From assembly GCA_965222905.1 (NCBI GenBank), contig OZ244976.1:7376488-7440487 (forward strand): a stretch of DNA of 64,000 nt, given 5' to 3'. Source of the DNA: Vicinamibacterales bacterium. GTDB taxonomy: Bacteria; Acidobacteriota; Vicinamibacteria; Vicinamibacterales; UBA8438. The first letter of the stretch is position 1, and each line of letters opens with the position of its first letter. Positions 1 through 10,619 of the stretch are shown in pieces. The notes beneath the pieces are model-generated. The model ran no database searches. It had not been told where the DNA came from and saw nothing but the letters and a program-made list of their open reading frames with translations. Position numbers and translations under genes: made by a program.

Positions 1-66
1 TTCCGCCGCTGAGAGGAGGACCCCGTGCTCAGCAGTTTCTTTCCCGCGGACCGATTGGAGAGCTAT

Positions 67-2153
67 CCCAAGTTTAACAGCCGCAGTACTAAGCAACGCG
101 GAATCAGCAACTTACAGCGACAAAAGCGCTCGAGTGGCACTACAAACCTGCGCAAACCGGGAAATGGGTCGGTCAGATGGTTGTCTTGCGGACGCCTCCC
201 GGTTGCGGGTCGACGCCGAGCGCGTCGTAGATGGCCCGCTGTTCGGGTTCGGCCTGCGTGGCGGTGCGCACGTGCAGGGTGCGCCCGTCGGGGCGCCGGA
301 AGGTGGCGGTGACGCGCTGCTGGCCTTCGAGGATGCGGCGCAGGGTGGTCCAACTGGCGTGTTCGCCGTGGGCTCGCAGCCGGGTGCGGATGACCTGCAC
401 GAGCTGGTAGGCGATGACGGTGATGAACAGGTGGCCATCGGCCCGCTGCGGCTTGTGGTGGTAGATGGGGCGCAGGCCGAGTTCGGACTTCAGTGCGCGG
501 AAGACGGCTTCGACGTCGGTGAGGGTGGTGTAGGTGCGCCACAAGGCGTCTTCGTCCCAGTCGGTCTCGCTGCTGCGCAGGCAGTAGACGCCCGGATGGG
601 TGGCCATCGAGCCGTCCTGGGGGCGACGGGTCCAGGTGACGGCGGCGGCCTTCTCGCCGGTCTGGTCGGGGGTGACCTCGATCTGGTAGTGCTTGGCGAC
701 GCGGGTATGCTTGGCTCTCAGTCGCCCAATGCGCTGCCAGACCTGTCCGAGGCGCTTGTGGGCGCGGGGGCGCGCCAGCCCCTCGTTGAGCGTGGTCAGC
801 GCGGCCTCGAAGCGGGCGGCGGCCCGCTCAACGATGGCCCGCTCCTTGTGGGCCCGCTCTTCGGAGTAGCAGTACAGGCGGACCTCGCCGGGGTCGGTCG
901 AGACGACCTTGTGCAGATGCACGGTGTGGTTCGACTGCGTGCGGACCGCCACGGCGGCCTCGGCGTCGAACTGCCGGTGGCGTTCACGGCTGACGACCAG
1001 ATAGCGGTAGCGGTTGTCGCGCAGCCACCCGATGGCGGCCTCGGTGGCGACGCCGCGGTCCATCACCACCAGGGCGCCGGCCGGCGCATCGAGTGCCTCC
1101 AGCATGCCGGCCAGGGTGCGGTGTTCCCGGACGTTGCCGGCGAAGACCTGCGAGCGGCGCACGAAGCCGCTGGCGTCGAGCATCAGGCCCAGGGTCAGCA
1201 GCGGACAGTCGCTGCGCTTCTCTTTCGAGTGCCCGCGCTTTGCCTGCGGCTGCGCGCCCGCCTCGCCTTCGAAATAGGTGTTGGTCAGGTCGTAGAGGGT
1301 CACCGTCGGCTGCAGGTCGAACAGTCCCATGGCCCGCTCGAACAGATGCGCCTCGATCGCCTCGCGGTGCTTCACCAGCGCATCCGAGGCGCGGTAGAGC
1401 TGCATCGGGCTGACGGTCTCGAAGTCGACGCCGAGCAACTCGCCGAGGCCGCTGCGTTCCTGCAGCCAGCGGTGCGTGGCGCGCTCCGAGGCCGGCTGGG
1501 CCAGGCGTCCGACGACGGCGCCGGTCGCCGCGGTGCGCAACGCGCCGTTGACGCCCAACTCGGTCAGCAGGGCCGGCAGGCCCAATTGCTCCAGGGCCCA
1601 CAGGCCGACCTGCTCGACGCCGACGCTGCGGGGGCGGACCAGGCGCAACGAGTCGACGTCGACCGGCTGCACGTCTGTCGGCCCGGCTGCTTGTCCCTGC
1701 ACCGGTGTGCCGCGGGCGACCAACTGTGCGGCTATGCGCTGCGCTTCGCGTTCGACGGCGGCCGGGCAATCGGCCACCAGGGGCGTCTGGCCGGCCAGGA
1801 TGTCGTCGCTGCGGGAGCAGACCAGCGGCCATTGCGCCTGGGGAATGTCGAAGTGGCGTCCGAGATTGAGCAGGGTGCGCTGGCGGACGGCGTTGCCGAT
1901 GCGCTCGGAGTGGACGAGGCGATGCGAGAAGTAGGGCTGTCCGTCGGCGGTCCGCCGGGTTTGGGTGCGGCGAATGAACACACGCCCACGATAGCGGGTG
2001 CACGTCCCCAGAAGCAACAACCACTCACACGATTATGGCACTACATTCAGTACCGCCAACACCCGATCCTTTAGAATCAACAAGTTATGGGGATGCGATC
2101 CTCGGAATATCGCCTAAATCTACAAAATTGTCTGGAATCTTGCTAAAGATGGG
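67..2153 (-). mobile_element. IS1634-family insertion sequence
   Basis: Ends CCCAAGTTTAACA and CCCATCTTTAGCA (reverse complement). Flanking direct repeat (G)CTAT(C) of 4-6 bp, depending on where the ends are placed. Confidence 0.9.
173..1981 (-). CDS. IS1634-family DDE transposase
   Basis: VFIRRT N-terminus, LYDLTNTYFEG, GHSKEKRSDC, VVMDRG and LKSELGLRPIYHH motifs. Probable GTG start at 1981. Confidence 0.92.
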   Translation of the reverse strand: MFIRRTQTRRTADGQPYFSHRLVHSERIGNAVRQRTLLNLGRHFDIPQAQWPLVCSRSDDILAGQTPLVADCPAAVEREAQRIAAQLVARGTPVQGQAAGPTDVQPVDVDSLRLVRPRSVGVEQVGLWALEQLGLPALLTELGVNGALRTAATGAVVGRLAQPASERATHRWLQERSGLGELLGVDFETVSPMQLYRASDALVKHREAIEAHLFERAMGLFDLQPTVTLYDLTNTYFEGEAGAQPQAKRGHSKEKRSDCPLLTLGLMLDASGFVRRSQVFAGNVREHRTLAGMLEALDAPAGALVVMDRGVATEAAIGWLRDNRYRYLVVSRERHRQFDAEAAVAVRTQSNHTVHLHKVVSTDPGEVRLYCYSEERAHKERAIVERAAARFEAALTTLNEGLARPRAHKRLGQVWQRIGRLRAKHTRVAKHYQIEVTPDQTGEKAAAVTWTRRPQDGSMATHPGVYCLRSSETDWDEDALWRTYTTLTDVEAVFRALKSELGLRPIYHHKPQRADGHLFITVIAYQLVQVIRTRLRAHGEHASWTTLRRILEGQQRVTATFRRPDGRTLHVRTATQAEPEQRAIYDALGVDPQPGGVRKTTI

Positions 2154-3367
2154 CTATCGCACCTCGCCGTACAAGGACCGCATCGACCGGATCGGCCAGC
2201 GCCTGGTCGAGCAGCGGTATCACCCCGAGGTCACGGAGCAGCATCTGCGGGAGTGGCTTCGGGTGACCGACTATCTCCGCGAGCAGGGGCTCAGACTCCC
2301 ACTCACCTTCACGGCCCCGGAGGTCGAGCAGTATGTGGCGGACCGAGTCGTCGAGCTCAGCGCCAGTCGAACGCGCTTCGTCCGGGCGGCCGTTCGGATC
2401 TTTCTGGACGCCGACGAGCACGGATACTTCCTCGTCGCATCGGGCGGGTACCGCAACCAGTGCCGTCGTGGTTCGGGTCGGCTCTGGGTGAGTACACCGA
2501 GTCCCTGTACTCCCATCGCGGGTTGGCTGCGCGCACGGTCGGCAAGCGCGTGTGGCAGCTCACCCGCTTCGCGGTGTATCTCGACCAGGACGGGGTGACG
2601 CGGCTCGACGCCATCGCGCCGCGTCACATTCACGAGTTCCTGATCCGCTTGCGGACACAGGCCGTCGCCACGCGCCTGACCTACGTGACGACACTGCGCA
2701 GCTTCTTCCGGTGGGCTGCGATGACAGGGTCGCTTCCCCGCGACCTCAGTGCGGCGGTGGCGCCGCCCCGTCAGTTCAAGCAGCGTGGCCTGCGGGATGC
2801 CCTCACCGAGCGCGAGGTGACCCGCCTTTTGAATGGCGTGGACCGCGCGTCGCCCATCGGCCGTCGTGACTATGCCGTCTTGCTGCTCGCGGCCCGGTAC
2901 GGCCTGCGTCCGTGCAACCTCCGGCAACTCCGCCTCGATGCCATCGACTGGCGGGAGCACGTGCTGTCGCTCACCCAGGCCAAGACCGGCCGCATCCTCA
3001 CCCTGCCGCTGCTCCCCGACGTCGCTGACGCCCTGATCGCCTACCTCCGGCACGGCCGGCCGGCGACCCAGTCGCGATATGTGTTTGTTCGGCACAAGGC
3101 TCCGTTCGAGCCATTCGTGGCCACGAACAACCTGGCCACGATCATGCGGCAGGCCCTGCAGCGCGTGGGGCTCGATCAGCGGGAAGGACGCCGCGGGCTC
3201 TACTTGCTGCGCCACACCTTGGCGTGTCGGATGCTGGCCAGCGGCAGTCCGCTCAAGCGCATCGGAGATGTCCTTGGGCATGCGTCCACCGGCGCCACCA
3301 TGGAGTACGCCTCTGTCGACCTGACGGCCCTTCGACGCGTGGCGATCACCGAAGCGGATGTGCGTCC

Positions 3368-4375
3368 ATGACGGCGGGAACGGCCGGGCCGCACTCGACG
3401 TGGTCGTCTCCGCTGGCCGCTGCGCTGCAGCGGTTTCTCGATGGCAAACGAGCCGCGGGGTATCGCTACCGCGCCGAAGCCCAGGCGCTGGGCGCACTCG
3501 ACCTTTTCCTCAGCAAGGCCCTCTCGCCGGCCGACCCCGTGATCACCAGCGACATCGTGCGTGCCTTCGTGGCCCGGCGCGGGGCCGAGTCGGAGACCAC
3601 GCGTGTGCATCGGCTGACGCTTATCCGGGAGGTGTGTCGCTTCCTCGCACTCGATGACCCGCGGACGTTTGTGCCGGCGCCACGATTCCTCGGCATCCAC
3701 CGCCGCACCAACGTGCCGCGTGTCCTCTCGCTTGATGAAGGCCGCCGGTTTCTCGACGCCTGCGACACCTTGGACCGGCGCCGCAGCTCGCCCTGCCGCG
3801 ACCTCGTCCTCCGGACGTTGCTGGTCCTGCTCTATCTCACGGGGTTGCGTGCCGGAGAAGCCCTTCGCCTCACCCTGGCGGACGTCGATCTGGAGACGGC
3901 AGTGCTCCGCATTTGCGACACCAAGTTCGGCAAGTCACGGCTCGTGCCCCTCGCCGCCGACGTCGCAGCTCGACTCGCGCAGTGTCGGGACACTCTCACG
4001 GACGAGCTCGGCGAGCGGACACCGGGCGAGCCGTTCTTCCCAGCGCCCTCCGGCCAGCCGTACTCGATCTCGGCCCTGCGTGACGTCTTCCACGCGGTCC
4101 TGGCCGCAGCGGGGATTCCCCGCTGGCAGGGAGGGAGATCCTTGCGGCTGCACGACCTGAGACACTCGTTTGCAGTTCTCCGCCTGACACTGTGGTATCG
4201 ACAGCAGGCCCCGCTCGGGAACCTCCTGCCGGCGCTGGCCACCTACCTCGGGCACGTGGACATCGCCAGCTCACAACGCTACCTCCAGATGACCGAAGAC
4301 GTCGTCGCCGACTTCACGCACCGTTACGCGGCGCGGTTCGGGCATCTTCTCTCCGAGGACGGAGGGCCGCGGTGA
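3368..4375 (+). CDS. RIT element 1 second tyrosine recombinase (RitB-like)
   Basis: ATGA overlap with the upstream gene. LYLTGLRAGEAL, KFGKSR and LHDLRHSFA...YLGH motifs. Confidence 0.9.
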   Translation: MTAGTAGPHSTWSSPLAAALQRFLDGKRAAGYRYRAEAQALGALDLFLSKALSPADPVITSDIVRAFVARRGAESETTRVHRLTLIREVCRFLALDDPRTFVPAPRFLGIHRRTNVPRVLSLDEGRRFLDACDTLDRRRSSPCRDLVLRTLLVLLYLTGLRAGEALRLTLADVDLETAVLRICDTKFGKSRLVPLAADVAARLAQCRDTLTDELGERTPGEPFFPAPSGQPYSISALRDVFHAVLAAAGIPRWQGGRSLRLHDLRHSFAVLRLTLWYRQQAPLGNLLPALATYLGHVDIASSQRYLQMTEDVVADFTHRYAARFGHLLSEDGGPR

Positions 4376-5376
4376 CTACCCACGACCTTGCGCCCTTCGT
4401 CACGACGTTCTTCACGCGGCATCTCCCAGCCGAGCGAAATGCCAGCCCGCATACCATCGCCGCGTATCGCGATACCCTCAAGCTCCTCCTGCGCTTTCTG
4501 GCCGCGTCGATGCATCGTACGGCGGCCGCGTTACACATCGAAGACATCACGCCCGATCGCATCCTCGACTTCCTGGCGGACCTCGAAACCACGCGGCGCA
4601 ACACCATTCGCACGCGCAACGCCCGGCTCGCCGCCATCCACAGCTTCTTCCGCTACGTGCTCGATACCGAGCCCGCCCTCGCGCTGCTCTGTCAGCGCGT
4701 TCTGGCCGTCCCCGTGAAGAAGGCCCCGCGTCCCGTGCTCGGCCACCTCAGCGACAGCGAGCTGACACATGTGCTCGCGCAGATCGATCGCTCGACGCAG
4801 GCCGGTGAACGCGACTACCTCCTGGTGGCCCTGCTCTACGATACGGGGGCGCGTATCCAGGAGCTCTTGGATCTGGCGCCGTGCCATGTCCGATTCGCAC
4901 CGCCCCCGTTCGTCCGGCTCTACGGCAAGGGCCGGCGCGAACGGCTCACGCCCCTGCTGCCGCAAACCGCTCGGCTGGTGCGACGCTTCCTCGCCGCAGC
5001 AGGACGCCGCGAAGATGACACAGAGCCGCTGATCCAGAACCGGAACGGGCAACGCCTCACGCGCCACGGCGCACGCTATCTCTTGGACAAGTACGTCAAG
5101 CGCGCCCAGGCCTCGCTCCCGAGTCTCGCCCGGACCCGCATCAGTCCTCACACGTTGCGCCACACCAAGGCGATGCATCTCCTTCAGTCGGACATCCCGC
5201 TCGTCACCATCAAGGACTTCCTGGGCCACGCCGACGTGAAGTCCACGGAGGTCTACGTCCAGAGCGACCTCGCGATGAAACGCGACGCCCTGGACCGTGT
5301 CGGCACCCCAGTCCGGCTCGGGCCAAAGCCTCGCCGGCTCTCCAAAGACCTCCTCGAATGGCTCGAGTCCCTGTAG
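4372..5376 (+). CDS. RIT element 1 third tyrosine recombinase (RitC-like)
   Basis: GTGA overlap. [30 protein letters not shown] and [12 protein letters not shown]...LGH...T..Y motifs. Confidence 0.92.
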   Translation: MTTHDLAPFVTTFFTRHLPAERNASPHTIAAYRDTLKLLLRFLAASMHRTAAALHIEDITPDRILDFLADLETTRRNTIRTRNARLAAIHSFFRYVLDTEPALALLCQRVLAVPVKKAPRPVLGHLSDSELTHVLAQIDRSTQAGERDYLLVALLYDTGARIQELLDLAPCHVRFAPPPFVRLYGKGRRERLTPLLPQTARLVRRFLAAAGRREDDTEPLIQNRNGQRLTRHGARYLLDKYVKRAQASLPSLARTRISPHTLRHTKAMHLLQSDIPLVTIKDFLGHADVKSTEVYVQSDLAMKRDALDRVGTPVRLGPKPRRLSKDLLEWLESL

Positions 5377-5456
5377 GAATTATGTGAAGTGCGACGTGTC
5401 CAGGACCGGCGAAAAAGCTCTCCTGATCTCTCCCGATCTCCTTTGTCCCATTGGAG

Positions 5457-5482
5457 CGCAACATAACGGGGAACTCAACATA
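5457..5482 (-). repeat. RIT element 1 right terminal repeat
   Basis: Reverse complement TATGTTGAGTTCCCCGTTATGTTGCG matches the RIT2 left end at 32538-32563 at 22/26 positions and lies exactly where istA is truncated. Confidence 0.75.
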
Positions 5483-5842
5483 GGACTCGCCGGGCAGGGT
5501 GACGACGCGGCGGTAGACGGTACGGTTGGTCTCGGGCCGCAGGCGCCGCGCGAGGCGGCGGACCTGGATGACCGAGCCCGGATAGCCGCGCTGGCGGACC
5601 ATCTCGTAGATCCGCGTGGCGCGCAGATTCGGATACTGCGCCAGGGTGTCCCGGATGAACGGCAGATACGGGTCGAGGATGCTGGGCCGACACAGGCTGG
5701 GGCGGACCCCTGCCGTCTCGCGCTCCACCGCGGCGCGCACCGTCTCATGGTGGAGGCCGAGTTGGGCCGCGATGGTCCCGACCTTCCAGTGCTCGCCGTA
5801 GAACAGGCGCCGGATCTCGGCGCGCTGCGCGGGCGTGATCAT
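5483..5842 (-). pseudogene. istA: IS21-family transposase IstA, 5' fragment truncated by the RIT end
   Basis: [14 protein letters not shown]...[35 protein letters not shown]...TLPGE, then an abrupt switch to the RIT terminal repeat. Confidence 0.85.
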
Positions 5843-6218
5843 CGTCCCTCCTTCTCCGGTCGACGCGGGGCTCCCGCATCGGGATGAGCCACCGGCTCGT
5901 CCGCCCGCAGACCACGCAGCGCGTGGCAACGGGCGGCTGAACCGGGGCGACGTCAGGGACGGCGAGTCTGGTCGATCGCTGTGCTGCGGTGGAAGACTGA
6001 TCCATCACGCGGCGGCGGTACGCACGCTGCCGGTCGCGATGGTCGAGACGGCCCTCGGGACTCTGCTGATGGCGGGCCCTGGCAGCCCGCAACGACCGGC
6101 GACGACCGGCAGCGCGGCAGCGCGGCGTGCAGTAGGCATGCCCGCGGTCACACGCGGCGCAGATGGCGAACAGGCGGTTGCAGTGTCGGCAGGTCTTCTG
6201 GCGGAGCGGCTGGTCCAC
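5745..6218 (-). CDS. Cys-rich small protein upstream of istA (IS21 accessory-type, putative Zn-binding)
   Basis: CRHC..F.IC..CDRG..YC...C N-terminus, an Arg-rich middle and CVVCG near the C-terminus. The 3' end overlaps the istA start, so the stop position is uncertain. Confidence 0.6.
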   Translation of the reverse strand: MDQPLRQKTCRHCNRLFAICAACDRGHAYCTPRCRAAGRRRSLRAARARHQQSPEGRLDHRDRQRAYRRRVMDQSSTAAQRSTRLAVPDVAPVQPPVATRCVVCGRTSRWLIPMREPRVDRRRRDDDHARAARRDPAPVLRRALEGRDHRGPTRPPP

Positions 6219-7693
6219 GGCGTCGGAGCGCGCAGGGCGAGCTCCGACTGGACAGCGAGCACGAACCGTGGCACAACGGCACCGACCGGCTCGGTCTGTC
6301 GGAGCTCGGGGCGGTCACGAGGGTCCGGTGGCACCCGGGCCCTCACCCCACGTCTGAGTCCGTTCCAACGGTATCCGAACGCCCCGGCGCTTGCGAGCAC
6401 GGGCGTCGCGGTGGCTCCGTCCGCTCAGGCACGGGCGCCGACGACGATCCGTCCAGCCGTCGCCGGCCGTCTCACAGCCCCTCGCGTAGTCACGTGCAGC
6501 CTCTTCCGCTGCCGGTCCCGCGCTCGGCTACCGCACTCCGCAAACGTCCGCGGACGGACGTTCGCTCCGCTTGGTCTCTGCTTCTTCAGAAAGCGATTTG
6601 AACCGACCCGCGTTCAAATTCCTTCAGGAATTCGTGAGCGCTGACAAGGTTCGAAATCGAACGTCTGCAGCGCGTGGCGCAGCGGTTCCTCCGTGTGCCG
6701 GGCGAGCCTCGCGGCGGCCGCCCGCAGCCGCTCGCGGGTGGCGGTGTCCGCTCTCTTCAGGACGTCCCGGAAACGCGGGCATCATGGTCGCTGCCTTCCT
6801 TGTAGCGGATCACGGCCAGATAGAAGAGCAGCAGCGGATCGCGGCGGGGCTTCCCAACGCCGCGCCGCCGTCGTTCGATCTCGACCCGAACCTCATTCCC
6901 CCCGCCGCAGTCCATCAGGATATCGAGGACGCCCGGCAGGCGTTCCCCGTCCACGCGTGCGAGGAGCGCGGGCCACCAGCGGGCAAAGCTCACCGCGCCC
7001 CGTGAGGCATGAGGCCGCCCCTGTTCTGCATCGCCCACAGCCGGTCCGCGCCTTGGGACGCCATGCCGAATGACGGCGTCATCGTCAGCGACAGCCCGCG
7101 CACCCGCCAAGCCCGGATCGAACCGCACCGAGCCGGTGAAGCCCCACTCCTCGTAGCGGCTGTCCTGTTGCGCCACCAGCAGGCTGAGCACGGCGGTCGA
7201 TCCGCTCCCCGAGCGCGTCAACCACCCCGCTTCCGGCTAAAGCTGTCGAACGCGGTGGGGGCTCGCATTCTCAACGCGTCAAGGCCACCAAGCATCGCGC
7301 CATCCTGACCACTCGGCCTCCTCGGCCACCCAGTTCCGGCGACTCGAACGGCAGCCGTGTGCCAAGCGTGCCAAGCACGGAATCGCTCCAGCCGGAGCAG
7401 CGGCACAGCCGCTTGTCGTCGAGCGGCTTGTCATGCTCGCTGGGCAAACCCCAGCACACGCCGCCGAGCGTCCCGCGTTTTGTCGACGGTTCTCCACCGC
7501 GAGGCCGCACAGGCGGACCCGGTACTCTCGCGCGTCGCCGTGACGCCGCACATGGTGGGCTGGTCGCTCCCGTTCGGGACGTGGGGAGTCGTCGTAAGTC
7601 GCTATCGCCCGGCATTGGAGTACGAGATCGAGCAGAACACTCTACTCGGCGAGCCTTTCTCGGGCACGGACCACCGGATGATACGATCGGCTC

Positions 7694-8647
7694 ATGGAAA
7701 GTAGGGACAGAGAGTCGCTCGTTGCGCAACTCCAGCGCGAAGTCGTCAATTCGAGTGTTCCGATCTCGGACATCTTGAGGAAGGCGAAGGTGCTGGCCAG
7801 CCTGTTGCAAAACGGAGAGTTCAAGGATTGGGTGGACGCTGAACTCCGAGGCTACCGTACCGCCAGTGAGCGTCCAGAGTATCGCAAGTTAAAACCGATT
7901 AATTTCGGGACGTTCGCTGGCCCCTTCGGGAAGATGGCGAAGAACGTTCAGATTCCCGTTGCCCTGCTGCCGGACGACCTCCGGGAGTACGCGGAGCACT
8001 TGGAAATCTCACACTCAGTCAAGGAAATAGAGTCGTTGGCGGATCAGGCGGCCAAGGACGGCGCGATCCGTTTAGCGTGGTTACCTGAAGCGGTACTCCT
8101 GGCCCGCAGACACGTCTCGATGGACGATGGATGCGAGTTGGTGGAAGCAAGCAGGCCATTGGTTAGGAGTCAGTTGGACGGCATTCTCGACCAAGTGCGT
8201 AATCGCCTTCTGGATTTCCTGCTCGAGTTGCAGCAGTTTAGCCCTGACGTGATGACCTCCGAGGATGCAATTCGCAACGTTCCTGGCGAGACGGTCACGC
8301 ACCTCTACCAGACCATTATCCACGGCGGGCAAAACATCGTTGCAACAGGTACGGGATTCAAGCAAAAGGCCACACAGCACGTCGCTGTAGGTGACTGGAC
8401 ATCTTTACGAGCCTATTTGAGGAGCATCGGAGTCGATCTCAGCTCGCTCGAAGAATTGGAGAGCGCGGTCAGGCAAGACGGCGACCGACGGGAGAAGCGG
8501 TTCGGTGAACAAGTGAAGTCTTGGATAGGAAAGATGGTTGGGAAGGCGATGGACGGAACATGGAAGATCGCCTTGAGCACAGCACCCGGGCTCCTGAAGG
8601 AGGCGCTGTTTCGGTACTACGGATGGGACTCCGACGGACCAGTGTAA
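7694..8647 (+). CDS. AbiTii-domain protein (putative abortive-infection/defence)
   Basis: SLVAQLQREVVNSSVPISDILRKAKVLASLL..EF..WVDAELRGY...PEYR pattern typical of AbiTii. AT-richer than its flanks. Confidence 0.8.
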   Translation: MESRDRESLVAQLQREVVNSSVPISDILRKAKVLASLLQNGEFKDWVDAELRGYRTASERPEYRKLKPINFGTFAGPFGKMAKNVQIPVALLPDDLREYAEHLEISHSVKEIESLADQAAKDGAIRLAWLPEAVLLARRHVSMDDGCELVEASRPLVRSQLDGILDQVRNRLLDFLLELQQFSPDVMTSEDAIRNVPGETVTHLYQTIIHGGQNIVATGTGFKQKATQHVAVGDWTSLRAYLRSIGVDLSSLEELESAVRQDGDRREKRFGEQVKSWIGKMVGKAMDGTWKIALSTAPGLLKEALFRYYGWDSDGPV

Positions 8648-8769
8648 GAGCGGATGTGCGTGGGTTGACGCGTCCCGCCGCCATTGTGAGGGCATTCGGC
8701 GCTGCGGCGACCTCCGTGCTGGCGTCTCGGTGTTCGTCCGAGTCCCATGGCCGTCGTAGCCGGGACGAT

Positions 8770-9131
8770 CGGGAACGATGTCTACGGTAGCGACGAGTCT
8801 TGGGCCCGGGGCAGTCTCTGGAGACACATGGCCCAATCGTCCACCAGACGCCGCCGCCGCTCGAACAGGTCCGACCGCGCGTAGGCAGCCTCCACCTTGT
8901 TCTGGATCACGTGGGCGAGCGCGGCTCGATGACTTCGCGCGGATGGTCCGTTTCCTCGGCGGCCCAATCCGGAACGACGACCGGAAGCCGTGCGGCACGG
9001 CGGAGAGCTCGTGGTGCTGGAGCATCTGCGGGAACGTCGACGTGGCTATCGACCTCCCGCTCCGCATCGGGAACACGAGCCGGTTGCCGTCGCCGAGCGT
9101 CCGCGCCGCATCGAGGATCTCCAGCGCCCGG
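8770..9131 (-). pseudogene. P4-like phage integrase C-terminal remnant (frameshifted)
   Basis: RALEILDAAR..., VPHGFRSSFR, ALAHVIQNKVEAAYARSDLFERRRRLVDDW spread across shifted frames. Confidence 0.8.
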
Positions 9132-10587
9132 GGGATTGTCCCGTTCGTTGTTGAACTTCGGGTGACGGACTCCCGGTCTCCTCTACGTAGTCATCTATAT
9201 TACGCCACGTCAGCAACCATGCCGTCGGGCGGAGCCAGCGCGTCCAGGGCAACGACCAGGTGCTGCAGATCACGGTAGCCCCGGACCCGCCGGAAGCGCT
9301 TCTCCGCCTCCACCAGCGCGCTCGCCACCCAGCGTTGAATCATCTGACCACCGCGCCAGCGCTTGACGTTGCGCGAGTAGTGCTCGACGCTGCCGTTGAG
9401 GTTCTCGATGATGTTCGTCGTCCGCAGGGTACGCTGCAGCGCACCCGTCAGACCGAGGCGCTGCACGGTCAGCGTCTCGTCGAGTCCTTCCCGGATGGAG
9501 GCCGCTGCCCCGGGGTGCTCGCGCTCGAGCGACTTGGCCAGCCGCTCGAGCACCCGCGCCGCACGGTCCGCCGAATCGAGGTCCCACGCATCCCGCAACG
9601 CCTTGCCGACAGAGGCGTGCAGCCGCTCGGGCAGATGGCCGATGACGTTCCTCCACTTATGGACTTGGCAGCGTTGCACCACGCCGCGAGAACCGAAGAC
9701 GTCGGTGATGGCCCGGCGCAGCCCCGCAGCGCCATCGATGACGAACAGCAACGTCCGGTCCGTCGGCAGTCCGCGCGCCACCAGGTCGCTCAACAGGCCG
9801 GTGGTGACAGCAGCGGTCTCGGTGGCGCCTTCGCGCAGCCCCAGCACGTGTTTCCGGCCCTGGGTGTCGATCCCCAGCGCGATCACCATGCAGTGGTCCC
9901 GGAAGACCTTGCCGTCGATGCAGACCACCCGCAGGTCCAGTTCCCCCAACGGCCGGCCGAGAAACGCCTGGAGGCGCTTGGTCGACAGCGCCACGAACCG
10001 CCGCGACACGGCGCTGCTCGATGTCGCCCGCTCGGTCACGTCGGCCGGCACCGGGTCCAGCGTGCCCGCATACCGGCGTGTCGACACCCCGGCGGCGACC
10101 GCGGCCAGCGTATGCTCGTCCAGCGGGTCGGTGGCCGCCGCCCATTGGAAGCTCGCCAGCGGGACTTCGCCCTCGGCGCTCCGCACCCGCTGCCGTGGCA
10201 GCTCGACCTGCCGTCCGCCGAGCGTCACCTGGCTGTCGACACTCCCGCCGCGCCACGCGGGCCGCTCAACCTGATGGCGCCCCTTCGGGCCACACAGCAT
10301 TTCCCGGTCCGCCTCCATCATCGCCTCCAGGACCTGCAGACCGGTCGCAATGCACAAGCCATGGAATGCTTCCCGGACACCGTTGACCACGCCGAGGACC
10401 GGCAGCGGCACCTGGATCGTGACGGGGCGCGAGCTGGGGGGTTGGCCGGACGTCTTCCGCCTGTCATGCTTCGCCATGGGTGGCAGTCTCCTTTTTTGAT
10501 TGCATCCCCTGTCCTACCACAGGACAGGGGCAGGAGCTGCCACCCGCTTCATCTCAGTTCAAGTTCAACAGCGTTCGGGACATCCCC
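9132..10587 (-). mobile_element. IS256-family insertion sequence
   Basis: Imperfect TIRs GGGATTGTCCCGTTCGTTGTTGAACTT and AAGTTCAACAGCGTTCGGGACATCCCC. GCGCCCGG is duplicated at 9124-9131 and 10588-10595. Confidence 0.9.
9200..10477 (-). CDS. IS256-family transposase
   Basis: AGVSTRRY, VCIDG, LFVIDGAAGL, QRCQVHKWRN and LRTTNIIENLN motifs. Confidence 0.92.
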   Translation of the reverse strand: MAKHDRRKTSGQPPSSRPVTIQVPLPVLGVVNGVREAFHGLCIATGLQVLEAMMEADREMLCGPKGRHQVERPAWRGGSVDSQVTLGGRQVELPRQRVRSAEGEVPLASFQWAAATDPLDEHTLAAVAAGVSTRRYAGTLDPVPADVTERATSSSAVSRRFVALSTKRLQAFLGRPLGELDLRVVCIDGKVFRDHCMVIALGIDTQGRKHVLGLREGATETAAVTTGLLSDLVARGLPTDRTLLFVIDGAAGLRRAITDVFGSRGVVQRCQVHKWRNVIGHLPERLHASVGKALRDAWDLDSADRAARVLERLAKSLEREHPGAAASIREGLDETLTVQRLGLTGALQRTLRTTNIIENLNGSVEHYSRNVKRWRGGQMIQRWVASALVEAEKRFRRVRGYRDLQHLVVALDALAPPDGMVADVA

Positions 10588-10619
10588 GCGCCCGGCCGCA
10601 GAGGTGGTGTGTCCCAGAA

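Larger units (their letters stand above)
25..3371 (+). pseudogene. RIT element 1 first tyrosine recombinase (RitA-like), interrupted by IS1634 and carrying a 1-nt frameshift near 2430
   Basis: RBS GAGAGGAGG precedes GTG at 25. Removing 68-2152 plus one GCTATC copy gives MLSSFFPADRLESYRTSPYKDRIDRIG. The C-terminal part has RDYAVLLLAARYGLR and HTLACRM...LGH...Y integrase motifs. Confidence 0.85.

Noticed and set aside
134-2074. Long antisense ORFs (also 9260-10837, 14713-15801, 21958-23427, 45470-47332, 48741-50963, 57639-59096, 60932-62680)
   Set aside because: These are shadow frames opposite well-supported genes in high-GC DNA, with no independent motifs.
6600-7230. Degenerate minus-strand coding region
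   Set aside because: It looks protein-like in shifting frames, but I recognise no family motif.
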